From: Haliotis rufescens
Taxonomy: Eukaryota
DNA: 64,000 nt
NCBI RefSeq assembly: GCF_023055435.1
Contig: NW_025964002.1
Location: 1,178,001-1,242,000, forward strand
Reading direction: 5' to 3'
Shown: piece after piece, positions 1 through 11,342 of the stretch
Numbering within the stretch: the stretch's first letter is position 1
How the letters are laid out: the number at the start of each line of letters is the position of its first letter
The notes under the pieces: model-generated
Told to the model about the DNA's origin: nothing
The model's database searches: none
Seen by the model: the letters and a program-made list of their open reading frames with translations, nothing else
Translations under genes and position numbers: made by a program

Positions 1-2230
1 ATGGTCCATCCTGTGCAGGGCAACCTACATGACTTGATCACATGACTACCCTTGACGCGTTATTTTTCTTTTGCAGAACTATCAGGCTAGAGGAGCTGTG
101 ATGCAGGGATCGTCGGGAGGGCATACAGCTTGTGAGATAGGATAAGGATACAAATATACGCGGGACAAGCAGGACAACAGGATGGACCAATTTGCTGCTG
201 ACACATTTCGCAGATTCGCTAACATCCTTGGAGGCGGAGAACGACATGGTGTATCTGGAGGAGAACTTCAATCCTCCCACCCATGACTTCACGGAGATCA
301 CGCTTGGCAGGCACGAACTCTGTCACTCTCTCTTCTGCTGTTCCTCCAATTGTCTTAGATGTAGTCGAAGTAGATCGACAGACACCTTGGGATGGGTGTC
401 ACGTGTAATGTCTTGAATCTGGAGAGACTGACTTGACCAAGGGAGCCGGCACAGGCATGCCTTAAAGGGATCGTCCCATTGATCTTGTTGAAGGACACCT
501 TGGCGTCGAAGGGCTGTAAGAGCAGGTCAAACATGGTTTCAGTCCCCGAGAGGACAGTGAAAATCAAAGGGAGCATAACGATGGTATCCAGATGAGCCAG
601 ATGGAAGTCCTCCACAGAAGTCATTGTAAGGCTGGGACTGGTAACTCAGGTACTCAATCGGGTGTGTACTGAGAAGGATCTGGGTACCCACAGGGCAACC
701 AGGACCCGTGGTTAGTCACCTGATATATTGTTTAATGGCAAAAATGACCTAAAGTTCACATTCACTTTTATATGTTTAAATAAAGAATAAATTTCAGTCA
801 GCTTCAGTGTATGTATGACCATATCATATTATACATGTAGCTAAATACATTTTGCCAGGACTACGGTCAAACTATTCCTAATCGTAAATTTTGTAACTAT
901 CTCTTGAGGCTGACAGCCGGGTTCCCGGGATGGGTGGTGTAATAGAGGGGTGGGTACCTCGGTAGTAAATTTGGACTCGTCCAAGCTCTAATCACTTGGG
1001 ACAAAGGGTCAACATCCCCATCCAGGTCAGGAGCTCTAGCAAAGCTGAGACAGTCCATGTGTGCAGGATTCTTCCACACGAACACGTGGAGGCTGCAGCC
1101 GATCCCGCAATCAGTCATGACAGGCCTGGGAGGGAGCGTTAGGTTCAAGGAAGTCAAGCTGTCAAGAAGAGGTACCACCGGCAGTCTGGAGCGATCCTGG
1201 AAGGCAGAAGTCACAGACTGCAGGAACAATTCTAGGTTCGACGCAGGAATATTATCCAGGTTGCGATGGTCCCAGGAGGTAAGTAGCAGTTGAGTTGGTG
1301 ACGGGATCGTCGTAGAAGGACGCAGTGCAGATGACCGGGAATGATTAGGTGAGTGGCGATCCACACAATCGTGGAGTAGAGGGGAACAGCGATCGTGATC
1401 CAAGGTAGTTCCAGAAGAGGAGAGCGGTAGTAATGAACAGGGGAGAGGAAGTACAAAAAAGACGAAGCATACAGGTACCCATGCTAGTGAGGAGACGGGT
1501 CCATACGTAACATGAAAGTCCTGTTGATGACGATTCTACGTTGATCTGAATAACCTGAGGACAGGGAGTGACACCAGGTCAGAGGAGCCATCCTCTAAAT
1601 CATGTTCAGCGGGAGTGGTACAAGATGAATCTGTAGTGTTTGTGCGAAAGCATCGATGCAGAGAGGGTCGTTACTCCAATTGTTGATCCTGAGATGGTCA
1701 ATCCTCCAACTGTGGATAGCAAGAGTGTCAATCCCGAGTACAACCAGGTGATCTGGAACAACGATCCTCCGACTGTTGAACAATAGGTGAGCGATCCTTA
1801 GAGCGCCACTCCTGCAAGCAACTATTCTTGGAACGGTGGCCCTTGGAAGAAGCGATCCATCAATCCTTAGTAGAGGGTGGACCTGTTCGACCAATCCCAG
1901 GGAAAGTCGTACTCGTCACTTTGATGGAGGAGTGCCAGTATCTTTGGATGAAGAGAAACGAGCATCACTAGCTGAAATATCACATAAGAAGTGACAGATG
2001 AACGAGGGGTGGTAAGAGGGTCGACCGGGGACACAGTCAAAGCCGACTTGGGGAAATCGACGGAGGAAAGAACCTTGCGAACGTCCGATGTAGCTGGTTG
2101 TTCCAACAGAGGCACGGACCCGGTCATATCAGGAACGGACTGTTGAACTTGAACTGACACAGTAGAGACGAGTATCAGGAGGGTCCGAAGTAGAGAAGGT
2201 AGTTCTACAGTTCAGGAAGCCTGGGCGATG
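1..2230 (-). mobile_element. Decayed GC-richer coding-like segment, probably a retroelement ORF1/gag remnant, in TRIP13 intron 7
   Basis: Minus-strand Ser/Arg/Pro-rich frame (e.g. SKGHRSKN..RSKDRSP..) broken by TGA/TAA stops consistent with CpG decay; interrupted by a MITE at 627-990. No diagnostic domain recognised. Confidence 0.3.
627..990. mobile_element. Degenerate copy of the hAT-like MITE at 8028-8420, opposite orientation
   Basis: Ends taaggctgggac... and ...gtccaagctcta, and internal ctgggtacccacag...atatattgtttaatg, match the reverse complement of the 8028-8420 element. Confidence 0.65.
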
Positions 2231-2456
2231 TTTCTTATCCACTTTCCTTTTTTCACAAACAATAACTTAAGTATGAACTTGGCGGTAATTCTAGCAACAA
2301 AAACAAAAAAGCGGTCTCTGAACACTCAATGCACATCTCCACTGTGTGGCCATTTGTTTGGGTGGTGACCATGATGATGCTGAGATGTGTTTCGGTGAAT
2401 TGTTTTTTAGAAGCTGGAAACTTTGTGAGATAGAATAACTATAGGGAAATGTATAC

Positions 2457-2563
2457 CTTTTGATCTGGTCGATCTGGGTAAGGAGTGCGTTGACCACCCG
2501 TATAGCATCTGATGGTTCACTGCCTGACAGGGCGCTCTTCCTGGCTGACGTCAGGCTCTCTAC
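2457..2563 (-). CDS. TRIP13: TRIP13 coding exon 7 (VESLTSARKSALSGSEPSDAIRVVNALLTQIDQIK-R); the gene continues left of the window
   Basis: EPSDAIRVVNA.LTQIDQIKR motif; GCAG| acceptor, AG|GTATAC donor; 107 nt. Confidence 0.97.
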
Positions 2564-2713
2564 CTGCACAACATTGGCAACACACATCTTAGACTGGATT
2601 CAATAACATAAAACAGAACACAGACACAGGCTCATACAGCACCAATGCTTTACACAAAGGATGATAAGCTACAAGAACTGACATATATGTACAGCCAAAC
2701 CTTGTTGTGTCAA

Positions 2714-2874
2714 GGGGCGGTCAGGTAGCCTAGTGGTTAAAGAGTTCGCTTGTCACGCCAAAGACCGGGGTTTGATTCCCGACATGGGTACAATGTGTGA
2801 AGCCCATTTCTGGTGTCTCTCGCTGTGATATTACTGGAATATTGCTAAAAGCAGTGTTAAACCATACTCACTCA
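2714..2874 (+). mobile_element. tRNA-derived SINE, family A
   Basis: A-box GTAGCCTAGTGG, B-box-like GGTTTGATTCCC, (CTCA)n tail, TSD-like ttgt(g/a)tcaa. Confidence 0.9.
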
Positions 2875-3164
2875 TTGTATCAAACTCGTGGAGAACTGGG
2901 GAAAAGTTTGAGTCATGCGGGGTTTGAGACAACCAAGAAAGGGAATTTTCGAAAACCAAACATCATGTTGTGAGATTATTACATGTAACTTAGTTTTCTT
3001 TAGTTTTCTTTAGTTTCATACGTTTCAATGTTCAAAACATGTGGTTACAAACAATAATAGATATCTCCAGGCCAAACCAGATCTTTTTGCTAGATTACTT
3101 GATTTTCATTAACTTCTGATGTAAGGTGGGCTTTTTAAGGTGGCATGTTATTAGAAAACATCCT

Positions 3165-4362
3165 CAGAGATGCCAACCCTCATTGATGCCTTGGAGTAGT
3201 CAGTGGAGTAAAACAGTGTAATTTCATGTGAAAAAGTGCAGTGTCAATAGTACTATGATGCAGGTTTGTACCCTGACATTTCAGGCCTAGACGTACGTGA
3301 AACACAAATACACATGCATTGATGCTAGTGATAGAGTCACATTGGACAACGTCACTACTTGAAACATCAGGTGATAAAGCTCAAAATAAGCAGATAAATG
3401 AGCCCACTTGCATTTGTAGGGTTAAATATGACTAAACCTCGAAATTGGAAATCAAACCATAAATATAAAAAAATTGGACATCAACATTGATAAGTACTCG
3501 AGTTTGATAACTATGTGCGACAACCTCATCAGTGATATCCATCAGGGCCACATTTCAACAAACATATTTTGTAACTTTGGTAATTAAAATTACATTCACT
3601 TATCAAAGCATTTAATTCAAGCTCCTATGTGTGGTCAAGCCACCAAACCCCTCCAATTTTCACACGGCGACTACACAGGGCATCTCATAAAATTTGCGGA
3701 AGGTGCCCGGTATACTGCACTCTTGCCGTAACACAGAGTCAAAGCTCCACACATTCATAATTCATCATGTGATGATATTTACTGCAGAGCAGAGAGACAA
3801 TGTGGTGTTTCAAGTTGGGAAGAAATATCAGTGTACATGCAATTAGTTCCCTGTAGAATGCGTCATGTGACCCGTGCACCAACAATTAGATCTTCGTGAT
3901 GGCTAATGCATGTAAATAATTTGTCAAAAATGTCAAAAATCATAATTTGGGAAGTACAAGAGTAATAGCGTAATTTAAGTTCAAAAGCGTAATTATTACA
4001 CCAAAAGCGAAAAGCATAATGGCGGCAGCAATTGCTATGAGGTCAGTCAATTGTGTGTGAAGTAATTTCAAATTTCAAAGTTTGGCAAGTGTGAATGTAT
4101 TTTATTTTAGTTTTGACTGTTCGAGTCATCAGGAGATTTTATGCATAATGTGGATAGTTGGCACTCCCAAATGAGTTCAAGAGAAAGGAGAATTTGACAA
4201 ATCCAAGTATAAATGATGAAGACAGAAGACACATTTCGGAGCGACGGGAAGCTGAGTTTGGGGAACTGGTAATTTGACACATCCAAGCTTGATACCACAA
4301 GGTTCGACTGACTATACTGTACTTGAGTAAATAACTAAGTATTACAGGAGTTGGCAACTTTG
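3165..4362. mobile_element. Possible non-autonomous DNA transposon
   Basis: Imperfect TIRs cagagatgccaac / gttggcaactttg; no TSD seen. Confidence 0.3.
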
Positions 4363-4398
4363 GTGAAACATTGGATGATTGTGAATCTAACGGACAGC

Positions 4399-4945
4399 TT
4401 ACCTCGTCTATGAGAACAAAGATCAGAGAGTCGGGATCATTGATGAGTATAACTGAAGTCTTACCTCATCTATGAGAACAAAGACCAGAGAGTCGGGATC
4501 ATTGATGAGTATAACTGAAGTCTTACCTCATCTATGAGAACAAAGATCAGAGACTCGGGATCATTGATGAGTATAACTGAAGTCTTACCTCATCTATGAG
4601 AACAAAGATCAGAGAGTCGGGATCATTGATGAGTATAACTGAAGTCTTACCTCATCTATGAGAACAAAGATCAGAGAGTCGGGATCATTGATGAGTATAA
4701 CTGAAGTCTTACCTCATCTATGAGAACAAAGATCAGAGAGTCAGGATCATTGATGAGTATAACTGAAGTCTTACCTCATCTATGAGAACAAAGACCAGAG
4801 AGTCAGGATCATTGATGAGTATAACTGAAGTCTTACCTCATCTATGAGAACAAAGATCAGAGAGTCGGGATCATTGATGAGTATAACTGAAGTCTTACCT
4901 CATCTATGAGAACAAAGACCAGAGACTCGGGATCATTGATGAGTT
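4399..4945. repeat. 62-bp tandem array spanning the TRIP13 exon 6 end and splice donor (9 donor copies)
   Basis: The unit is 45 nt of exon plus 17 nt of intron; minus-strand GT at 4898, 4836 ... 4402. Confidence 0.97.
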
Positions 4946-4985
4946 CCTGGATCTTCTGGAACATCTTCATCACCAACTTCCCACT
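4899..4985 (-). CDS. TRIP13: TRIP13 coding exon 6, Walker B (SGKLVMKMFQKIQELINDPESLVFVLIDE)
   Basis: TGCAG| acceptor, GAG|GTAAGA donor, 87 nt, phase 0; Walker B VFVLIDE. Confidence 0.95.
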
Positions 4986-5037
4986 CTGCAACATTCAGTG
5001 ATGTGACGTGAACAAACACTGGGGCAGTTACCAGACA

Positions 5038-5205
5038 TGCTAAAGCTAAGATTGCACTTCAGACTTGCTTAAGCTTCAGTAGGACTTCACACCTGCTAAA
5101 GCTTCAGATGCACTCTACACGTCCTTAAGCGTAAGTTGCACTTTAAACTTGCTAATGCTTAAGTAAGACTTTTAAACATTTTATATTAACTTGCTAAAGC
5201 TTGAG
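5038..5205. repeat. Degenerate ~28-bp tandem repeat
   Basis: tgctaaagct..g.tgcactt..ac recurs 5-6 times. Confidence 0.6.
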
Positions 5206-5624
5206 TTGTTGTCAACCACAGGCAGATCTTTGGGACATGGAATACAAACCTCATGCATCATCAAAATGTTGTGAATTGTAACTATTATGTAACATAACAC
5301 CACTGGCAAGAAATGCGTAAATCTAGACTGAGAAAAAATTAAAATATTGCAATCTCAGTTGTCCATGATCATGTGATTTCAACACTACATGTAAAGATCA
5401 GCACAAACCGAGATTTTACACTGATGACCTCAAAATACAACCAGGCGCAAAAATGTTGTACCTACACTAAAGTAGCATAGAATTTCGCACAATTATCCCT
5501 AAACTTTCTCTCGGGCAAAAGAACATATTTTAACTTTCTCTCATGCAAAAGAACATATTTTTATGAATTCAACACCTATGTGAGGTACGAGTTAACATAT
5601 GGAATGTTCAGTATTTTTCCTGAC

Positions 5625-5761
5625 CTCTGAGAACCATTTGGAGAACAAGCTGTGACTGTTGACCTCGATCAGCTGACCATATGTGTATCTGTCGGACAGT
5701 CGTATGGACAGTTTCTGTGCCAGGGCCTTACACAGCGACGTCTTCCCTGTGCCGGGGGGGC
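5625..5761 (-). CDS. TRIP13: TRIP13 coding exon 5, Walker A ([21 protein letters not shown]...[12 protein letters not shown])
   Basis: Walker A GPPGTGKT and pore-loop [11 protein letters not shown] diagnostic of Pch2/TRIP13; 137 nt, GT-AG boundaries. Confidence 0.97.
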
Positions 5762-5857
5762 CTAGGGAGAAGAAAATGTCCAAGACTGTAGCTAATTCCA
5801 TGTATGAGAGCAGTGTGGGTGACACCTGCTGATTTACTGATGCATACTGTACCACAA

Positions 5858-6138
5858 AGAGGGAGTGATGGAGTTGGGTTTAACACTGCTTTGATAACAT
5901 TCCACTTAGTTATATAACGGCATGTCAGCTTTGTGGGAGGAAAACCCGAAGTAATGCAGGTCTCAGATGTTTACCACTTTGGTGAAACACACAAGCAAAG
6001 GTATAATGCTAACAAACCTAGAAACATAATGATCGGGGCAAACTGGGAATCAAACCCACGATCATAGGTTTCTAACTTGACCAAGGGATGCAAATCTGCA
6101 CGGCGAAATGCAGCGCCTTAGACGACTGGGTTACCATG
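5858..6138 (-). mobile_element. tRNA-derived SINE, family B
   Basis: Homologous to 14010-14273 and 62051-62337 (ctaggtttgt.agcacc, ttcaccaaagtgg, gtgttaaacccaactc). Confidence 0.8.
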
Positions 6139-6655
6139 CAACCATTAGCACAAAGAATGTATGTCAGTAACAAGATAATTTAGTTGAGTTGTTCTGTTAA
6201 AGATGTTAACAGAAAAGATATATAACCAAGCGATTAACATAATATGACAATGTATATGTTCTAGACTGGGTTGCAATACAAGAAGAGTGTATAACAGCCG
6301 AAGCGCTTCATGGTAAATTTGCTCCCGTGAGGCACTGTCTTCATCAGCTGATGAACGTCAACAAATACAACTTATATTGATTAATCATGAAACTTTAATT
6401 ATTTATAGCGAACTATATCAAGACGGAGAATCGTGACGTCGTGACGTCATCCGTTCCAAACATTCCATTTAGAGTGACATCCCTTGGTTTTACAAACGGC
6501 AGAAAATGGTGGCTACCACAATGTCATTCGCTTGAAATTCAAGTTGCACCCTTGAAAGTTAGCGGTGGAATTGGAAACAAAATCCAGACCCGGCTCATGC
6601 TGACAATGGAGACATATCAACGTTCTGTGAACTTTTGGTGTGTGTTTGAGTCATA

Positions 6656-6867
6656 CTACGGCTGCTGATGACGGGGATTATCGCTTGAGGCGAAGCGGTT
6701 GAATTTACTGAAGCACGATAGTGTGGAGGTCGGTGATTTCTTTCGGTAAGTCGAGCATTCTCTGTTATAGCTTAAAATGGACGCTTCAGTTCGGTGACCC
6801 GACATATACATGATCTGTCTAACTTTAAAGCCTGCATCATTCACAGCCTAAATTGATGTCGCTCTCA
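6656..6867 (-). pseudogene. Tyrosine recombinase C-terminal fragment (Crypton/DUF3504-like)
   Basis: LRATSI*AVNDAGFKVRQIMYMSGHRTEASILSY matches the YR box II pattern (H)-x-LR-AT...GH-R/K-S...Y; contains an in-frame stop. Confidence 0.7.
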
Positions 6868-7046
6868 GTTTTCCCTAATTATTTGTAATGTTAATTTTAG
6901 ACATTGAGGAATTCCCCTAAAGTAGTTCCGTAAGTCTCTGCGCGATTGACAACGTAATCACGAGATATTCTGACGTTCATCGGGAAATGAACAACAGTCA
7001 GCTTGGTCGTGTTCACCTAGGTGAGGTCACCCACTACTGTCAATAT

Positions 7047-7684
7047 TAAGATATGGTCTACACAGGGTGGCAATACAAGAGTGTATAACACATGCTCTAC
7101 ACAGGGTGGCAATACAAGAGTGTATAACACATGCTCTACAGTGGGTGGCAGTACAAGAGTGTATAACACATGCTCTACACAGGGTGGCAATACAAGAGTG
7201 TATAACACATGCTCTACACAGGGTGGCAATACAAGAGTGTATAACACATGCTCTACAGTGGGTGGCAGTACAAGAGTGTATAACACATGCTCTACACAGG
7301 GTGGCAATACAAGAGTGTATAACACATGCTCTACAGTGGGTGGCAGTACAAGAGTGTATAACACATGCTCTACACAGGGTGGCAATACAAGAGTGTATAA
7401 CACATGCTCTACACGGGGTGGCAATACAAGAGTGTATAACACATGCTCTACACAGGGTGGCAATACAAGAGTGTATAACACATGCTCTACACAGGGTGGC
7501 AATACAAGAGTGTATAACACATGCTCTACACAGGGTGGCAATACAAGAGTGTATAACACATGCTCTACACAGGGTGGCAATACAAGAGTGTATAACACAT
7601 GCTCTACACAGGGTGGCAATACAAGAGTGTATAACACATGCTCTACAGAGGGTGGCGGTACAAGAGTGTATAAGATATGGTCTA
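7047..7684. repeat. 39-bp minisatellite, 16 units
   Basis: Unit ctctacacagggtggcaatacaagagtgtataacacatg; abuts the exon 4 donor. Confidence 0.97.
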
Positions 7685-7686
7685 AC

Positions 7687-7777
7687 CATGTAGCAAGACA
7701 ACTCTATTCCAGGTGATGATATTACTGTCTACAGCACGATCGGAGAACAGCAAGGTGGTTGTGGCGTAGTTTAACAA
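7687..7777 (-). CDS. TRIP13: TRIP13 coding exon 4 (LLNYATTTLLFSDRAVDSNIITWNRVVLLH-G)
   Basis: Characteristic TLLFSD..VDSN.ITWNRVVLLHG; polypyrimidine tract plus CAG acceptor; G|GTTAGA donor; 91 nt. Confidence 0.95.
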
Positions 7778-8027
7778 CTGAAAAAAAACATACATTGGCT
7801 AATGTATTGGTATTATCATTTCAATTTAATCATTAACATTATTTACTTTAAACATACAAAAGACTCTTGATGTTTGTAAGGATCATAAAGCTTGAGTTGG
7901 CATTAAATCAGTGATGGTCCATATGAAGGTAACCAGTCTCATTAAAGTCAGATCTCTCACTACCATATGATCCCTCTCTGCATGAAGATCTGAAGACACA
8001 TAGGAGGTCGTCAGGAGTACTTTCTAA

Positions 8028-8420
8028 TAGGGCTGGGACCAGTCCAAATTTACCACATGGGTACCTGACCCCCTATTACCCGACCCTACCCGGGTACCCA
8101 CTGTAGGTCTCAAGAGTTGGGAACAAAATTTCTGATTGGGAATTATTTTACCATGGCCATGGCAAAAACTGTTTAGATACAGGTATCAAACGATCAGATC
8201 ATGCGTACACTGAAGTTGACTGAAGCGTTATCTTTACTCAAACATATACAAGTCAAAAAGTATGTGTGCATCGTCAGAAAGAAATGCGATCATTAGCGAC
8301 TTGAAGTGTAACCACTGAGCTATAGTGAGTTTTTGTCATTAAACAATATATTACATGAATAACCAGGGGTCTGGGTAGTACTGTGGGTACCCAGGTCCTG
8401 AGTTACCCGTCCCAGCCCTA
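8028..8420. mobile_element. hAT-superfamily MITE
   Basis: TIRs TAGGGCTGGGAC...GTCCCAGCCCTA; perfect 8-bp TSD CTTTCTAA at 8020-8027 and 8421-8428. Confidence 0.85.
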
Positions 8421-8936
8421 CTTTCTAATCTAAACACCATTGGCTTATATCCAACTACTGCCACACTCATTTCGAACTTGTGGTTTCGGTAAAAATCTAT
8501 AATTTTTTTAGAAAACCACCAGTCCCTCTAGATTGATACTAGCCTTGGTCTAACAGACTAGTGGCTATGTCTATCCCCAATAAGTGAGCGAAGCATCCAG
8601 ACAACCTTTCAGATTTCTATATCTCAAAATTGAAAATAATCCAAATGCATTCAATAAAGCAGTGACTATATCGTTGTGGATGAACATCCTGTCCTTTATG
8701 AGTGCCATGGCATCTCAACCCACAAAGGCACATTAACGAGGTAATACTTGTGTACTGTGGCAGTTGTCTTTTGTTATTCTAAATTGAACTGGTTAAGAAA
8801 TGAAGCCAGCATCTCATTGGTTCAAGAAATCACAGATTCTTCATTTGGATTGGACAGTCAAAGTTCTCCCAGTGTTCACATGGCACGACCTCGTGTAGCG
8901 GTGTCGTCAGATTGTCATGCCTAGAGGGCTTGTATA

Positions 8937-9266
8937 CAGTGTCTGAAAATATCTGCCTGCCTGTAACAGGTAACTTTTCTGTCGGGCTGCATGAAATTTT
9001 CCTCCACATGCCTGACTGTCTGGCACATAACTTTAAGACTACGTACGTATGCAGTTTTATTATAACTCCATGTAGATTCTCAAGTCATTGTTAAATGTTT
9101 GCATTATTTCAACTGAATCAAGACTTGAATTGTCTCTTAGTTTTTGAGAGTTTTTTAATATTCATAATGCCTGAGTGCGGGCAGTTAATTTTGAAGATGG
9201 GTAGGCAACACTTTGGGTCACCAACCCGACTGTCCTGTTTGGTTTTTTAAATTATTTCAAACACTG
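8937..9266 (+). mobile_element. CAGTG-ended MITE (hAT-like), copy 1
   Basis: Ends cagtgtctgaaaata...attatttcaaacactg; degenerate 8-bp TSD; a homologous copy lies inverted at 12128-12435. Confidence 0.6.
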
Positions 9267-9476
9267 CCTGTGTACCACTAAAATTACAAATCCTTTAACT
9301 CGAACTGATCAAATCAGTGTCCCTGGCAAATATCATACACAGTAAATACATTCTTCTAATAAACTCTATAGAATACTACTCTTTGTTTTAAGATACTTCT
9401 TAAAAGTTACTAAAGTCAGTTCAAATTCTCAAAAGTGTAAGACAATACACCATGTACAATGTGTCGATGCATTCAC

Positions 9477-9656
9477 CTTTGCCTTGACCTCCTCATCAAA
9501 TACAAGACTGTCCCATATTCCATGGAAATCAGAGGACGGAAGGAGCCAGTGACTGGCTGCAGCAAGATCTTCATCATCAATCTCCTCCTGGCCCGGTCCG
9601 TCATCGTGAAGTTGGAAGACATGGATATGGAGTATACATGAGGTCAGGTCAATAGC
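9477..9656 (-). CDS. TRIP13: TRIP13 coding exon 3 (AIDLTSC...AAASHWLLPSSDFHGIWDSLVFDEEVKAK)
   Basis: Conserved HWLLP..FHG.WDSLV motif of TRIP13; TTTCAG| acceptor, AAG|GTGAAT donor; 180 nt. Confidence 0.95.
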
Positions 9657-9865
9657 CTGAAACACAACAATTAAATCACGACATCATTTTCAGTCAATTC
9701 TAGTGTTATATGGACAATTATGAGCTGTTTACACGACAGACTAGTGGATAGGATAAATCTGTAGACTGATGTCATGAAACTTAGAAGACCCAACATGTAT
9801 TAATATTATAGCTGTTTCCAACCATTCACTCACCAACTGGACATTCAGACTATCCCTATTCCAAG

Positions 9866-10237
9866 TAGGGCTGGCTAAAAGATTGATAATCAGAATTATA
9901 GTTGATGGAAAGAAATATTAACTATTGATATGAAAATTGCGTCATTGAAAACATCTTACACAAACTGTTGTGATGAAATAAAGTCTTAATTTACTGAAGC
10001 AGACCGATTTTACCATTGCCGAAGACAGCATGCAACTGATTTTGTTATATCCTAAATGTCCACAAAGTGAACCATGCATGAATGTGTCACCAATCATCAG
10101 TGACGTGAAATATGTTGTTTTTTGTCTGAGCTTTTTGCATATTTGCTCAAAGTTACTTCTCCGATATTTATCGATAACGGATTGTTATTTAGTTTACAAT
10201 TAGCGATCTTTAAGATTTATATCGATAGCCAGCCCTA
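9866..10237. mobile_element. hAT-like MITE next to the TRIP13 exon 2 donor
   Basis: 12-bp TIR TAGGGCTGGCTA/TAGCCAGCCCTA; degenerate 8-bp TSD attccaag/agtcaaag. Confidence 0.65.
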
Positions 10238-10259
10238 AGTCAAAGTGTACTACACTCAC

Positions 10260-10425
10260 TTTTCGACCTGTGTTGGACAGATCTGTATCACATAAAGATA
10301 TGGACTTGACATGCTCCGTCAGGAAAGCATCGTCATACTCGGTCACTGTAAAGTCTCCATAAGCAACTTTCTGTTTCCTCAATGCAGCCAGCACATGTTC
10401 CTGAACCAGAGACACTCTGGCAGTG
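10260..10425 (-). CDS. TRIP13: TRIP13 coding exon 2 (STARVSLVQEHVLAALRK...DLSNTGRK)
   Basis: Acceptor TGTAG|, donor AAA|GTGAGT, 166 nt, in frame with exons 1 and 3; overlaps ORF 10200..10415. Confidence 0.9.
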
Positions 10426-10844
10426 CTACAAGTTCACAGAAAAGTGATAGAAATTAATCATGTTTAAACAGGCTTTCCTCAGGCAAGTTCATTGATTTGT
10501 GAGAATCGTACCAGCACCATTGTCTTGCCTCCACTCACTGGCAACTCTGTTGAAGCTGGTGAAGAGAGCTCTCTCATCTCAGTTGTGGCAAGTCTTAACC
10601 AAATACCAGGTACAGTGATTATAGTGTCTTGTAAAACCATAGCAAGTGTCGTCAATCACAAAGTAAGCACTTGTTGTCTGTGACCCATGTGAGAACAGCA
10701 TGCTGAACAGTGACAACAGAGGTTGTTGTCAGTATCGCCAGCATCACCAACACCTTCCCAATCCACTTGAACATTATTCAGGTTACCATGGTTAACATAG
10801 TCGCTAAATGCAGCTTGGATTCGGGGACTGTCACAATAACTCTC

Positions 10845-11342
10845 CAGAGCTCCAGATAAGCTGCGTATCTGCGTAAAATACGCATCAAACATGCCGAAAT
10901 ATGCAGTAAAATAAAATCCAAGCGTATCAAATACGCAACGAACATTACAGATACACTAAAAAATAAAACTTGTGCATATCATCAAAATATTGTGAAGTAA
11001 CCCTGCGTATTCGATTAGCAAATCAGCAACTTATTTTGAAATTATAACCGGACATTCTGTCAACCTTGCCACGATGACAGTTACATCATGATCATTTGCC
11101 ATCACACTTTCTTATGGAAGTATCGTGGTATTTTTGAGTCCTATAAAGCTCTCGAAACCACACGACACCAGTTTGCAGGGACTTGATGAATAGTGTTTTT
11201 AAATATTTTACTTAAATACCCACATGTGTAAAAACTAGTGGGTAACAGAAATTTGAATACCCAGATAGAATTACTGATACCCAATGATTTAAAAATGCAT
11301 GGGTAAAATACCCACAACACCAAAAGATTATCTGGAGCTCTG
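10845..11342. mobile_element. MITE with perfect 15-bp TIRs, superfamily unassigned
   Basis: CAGAGCTCCAGATAA...TTATCTGGAGCTCTG, flanked by ACTCTC on both sides. Confidence 0.75.

Noticed and set aside
2714-2790. tRNA genes at SINE heads
   Set aside because: The tRNA-like A/B boxes continue into a shared non-tRNA body with a simple-repeat tail and TSDs, so these are SINEs.
6290-6360. Third hammerhead-like motif (minus strand CTGATGA...GAAGCGCTTC)
   Set aside because: GAAA is replaced by GAAG, there is no convincing stem II, and stem I is out of register.
7017-7716. Long ORFs (200-265 aa) here and in the 25, 33, 34.5, 37, 40, 42, 49 and 54 kb arrays
   Set aside because: They are by-products of tandem repeats with stop-free frames: open on both strands, lacking splice or start context, and lying in intronic DNA.
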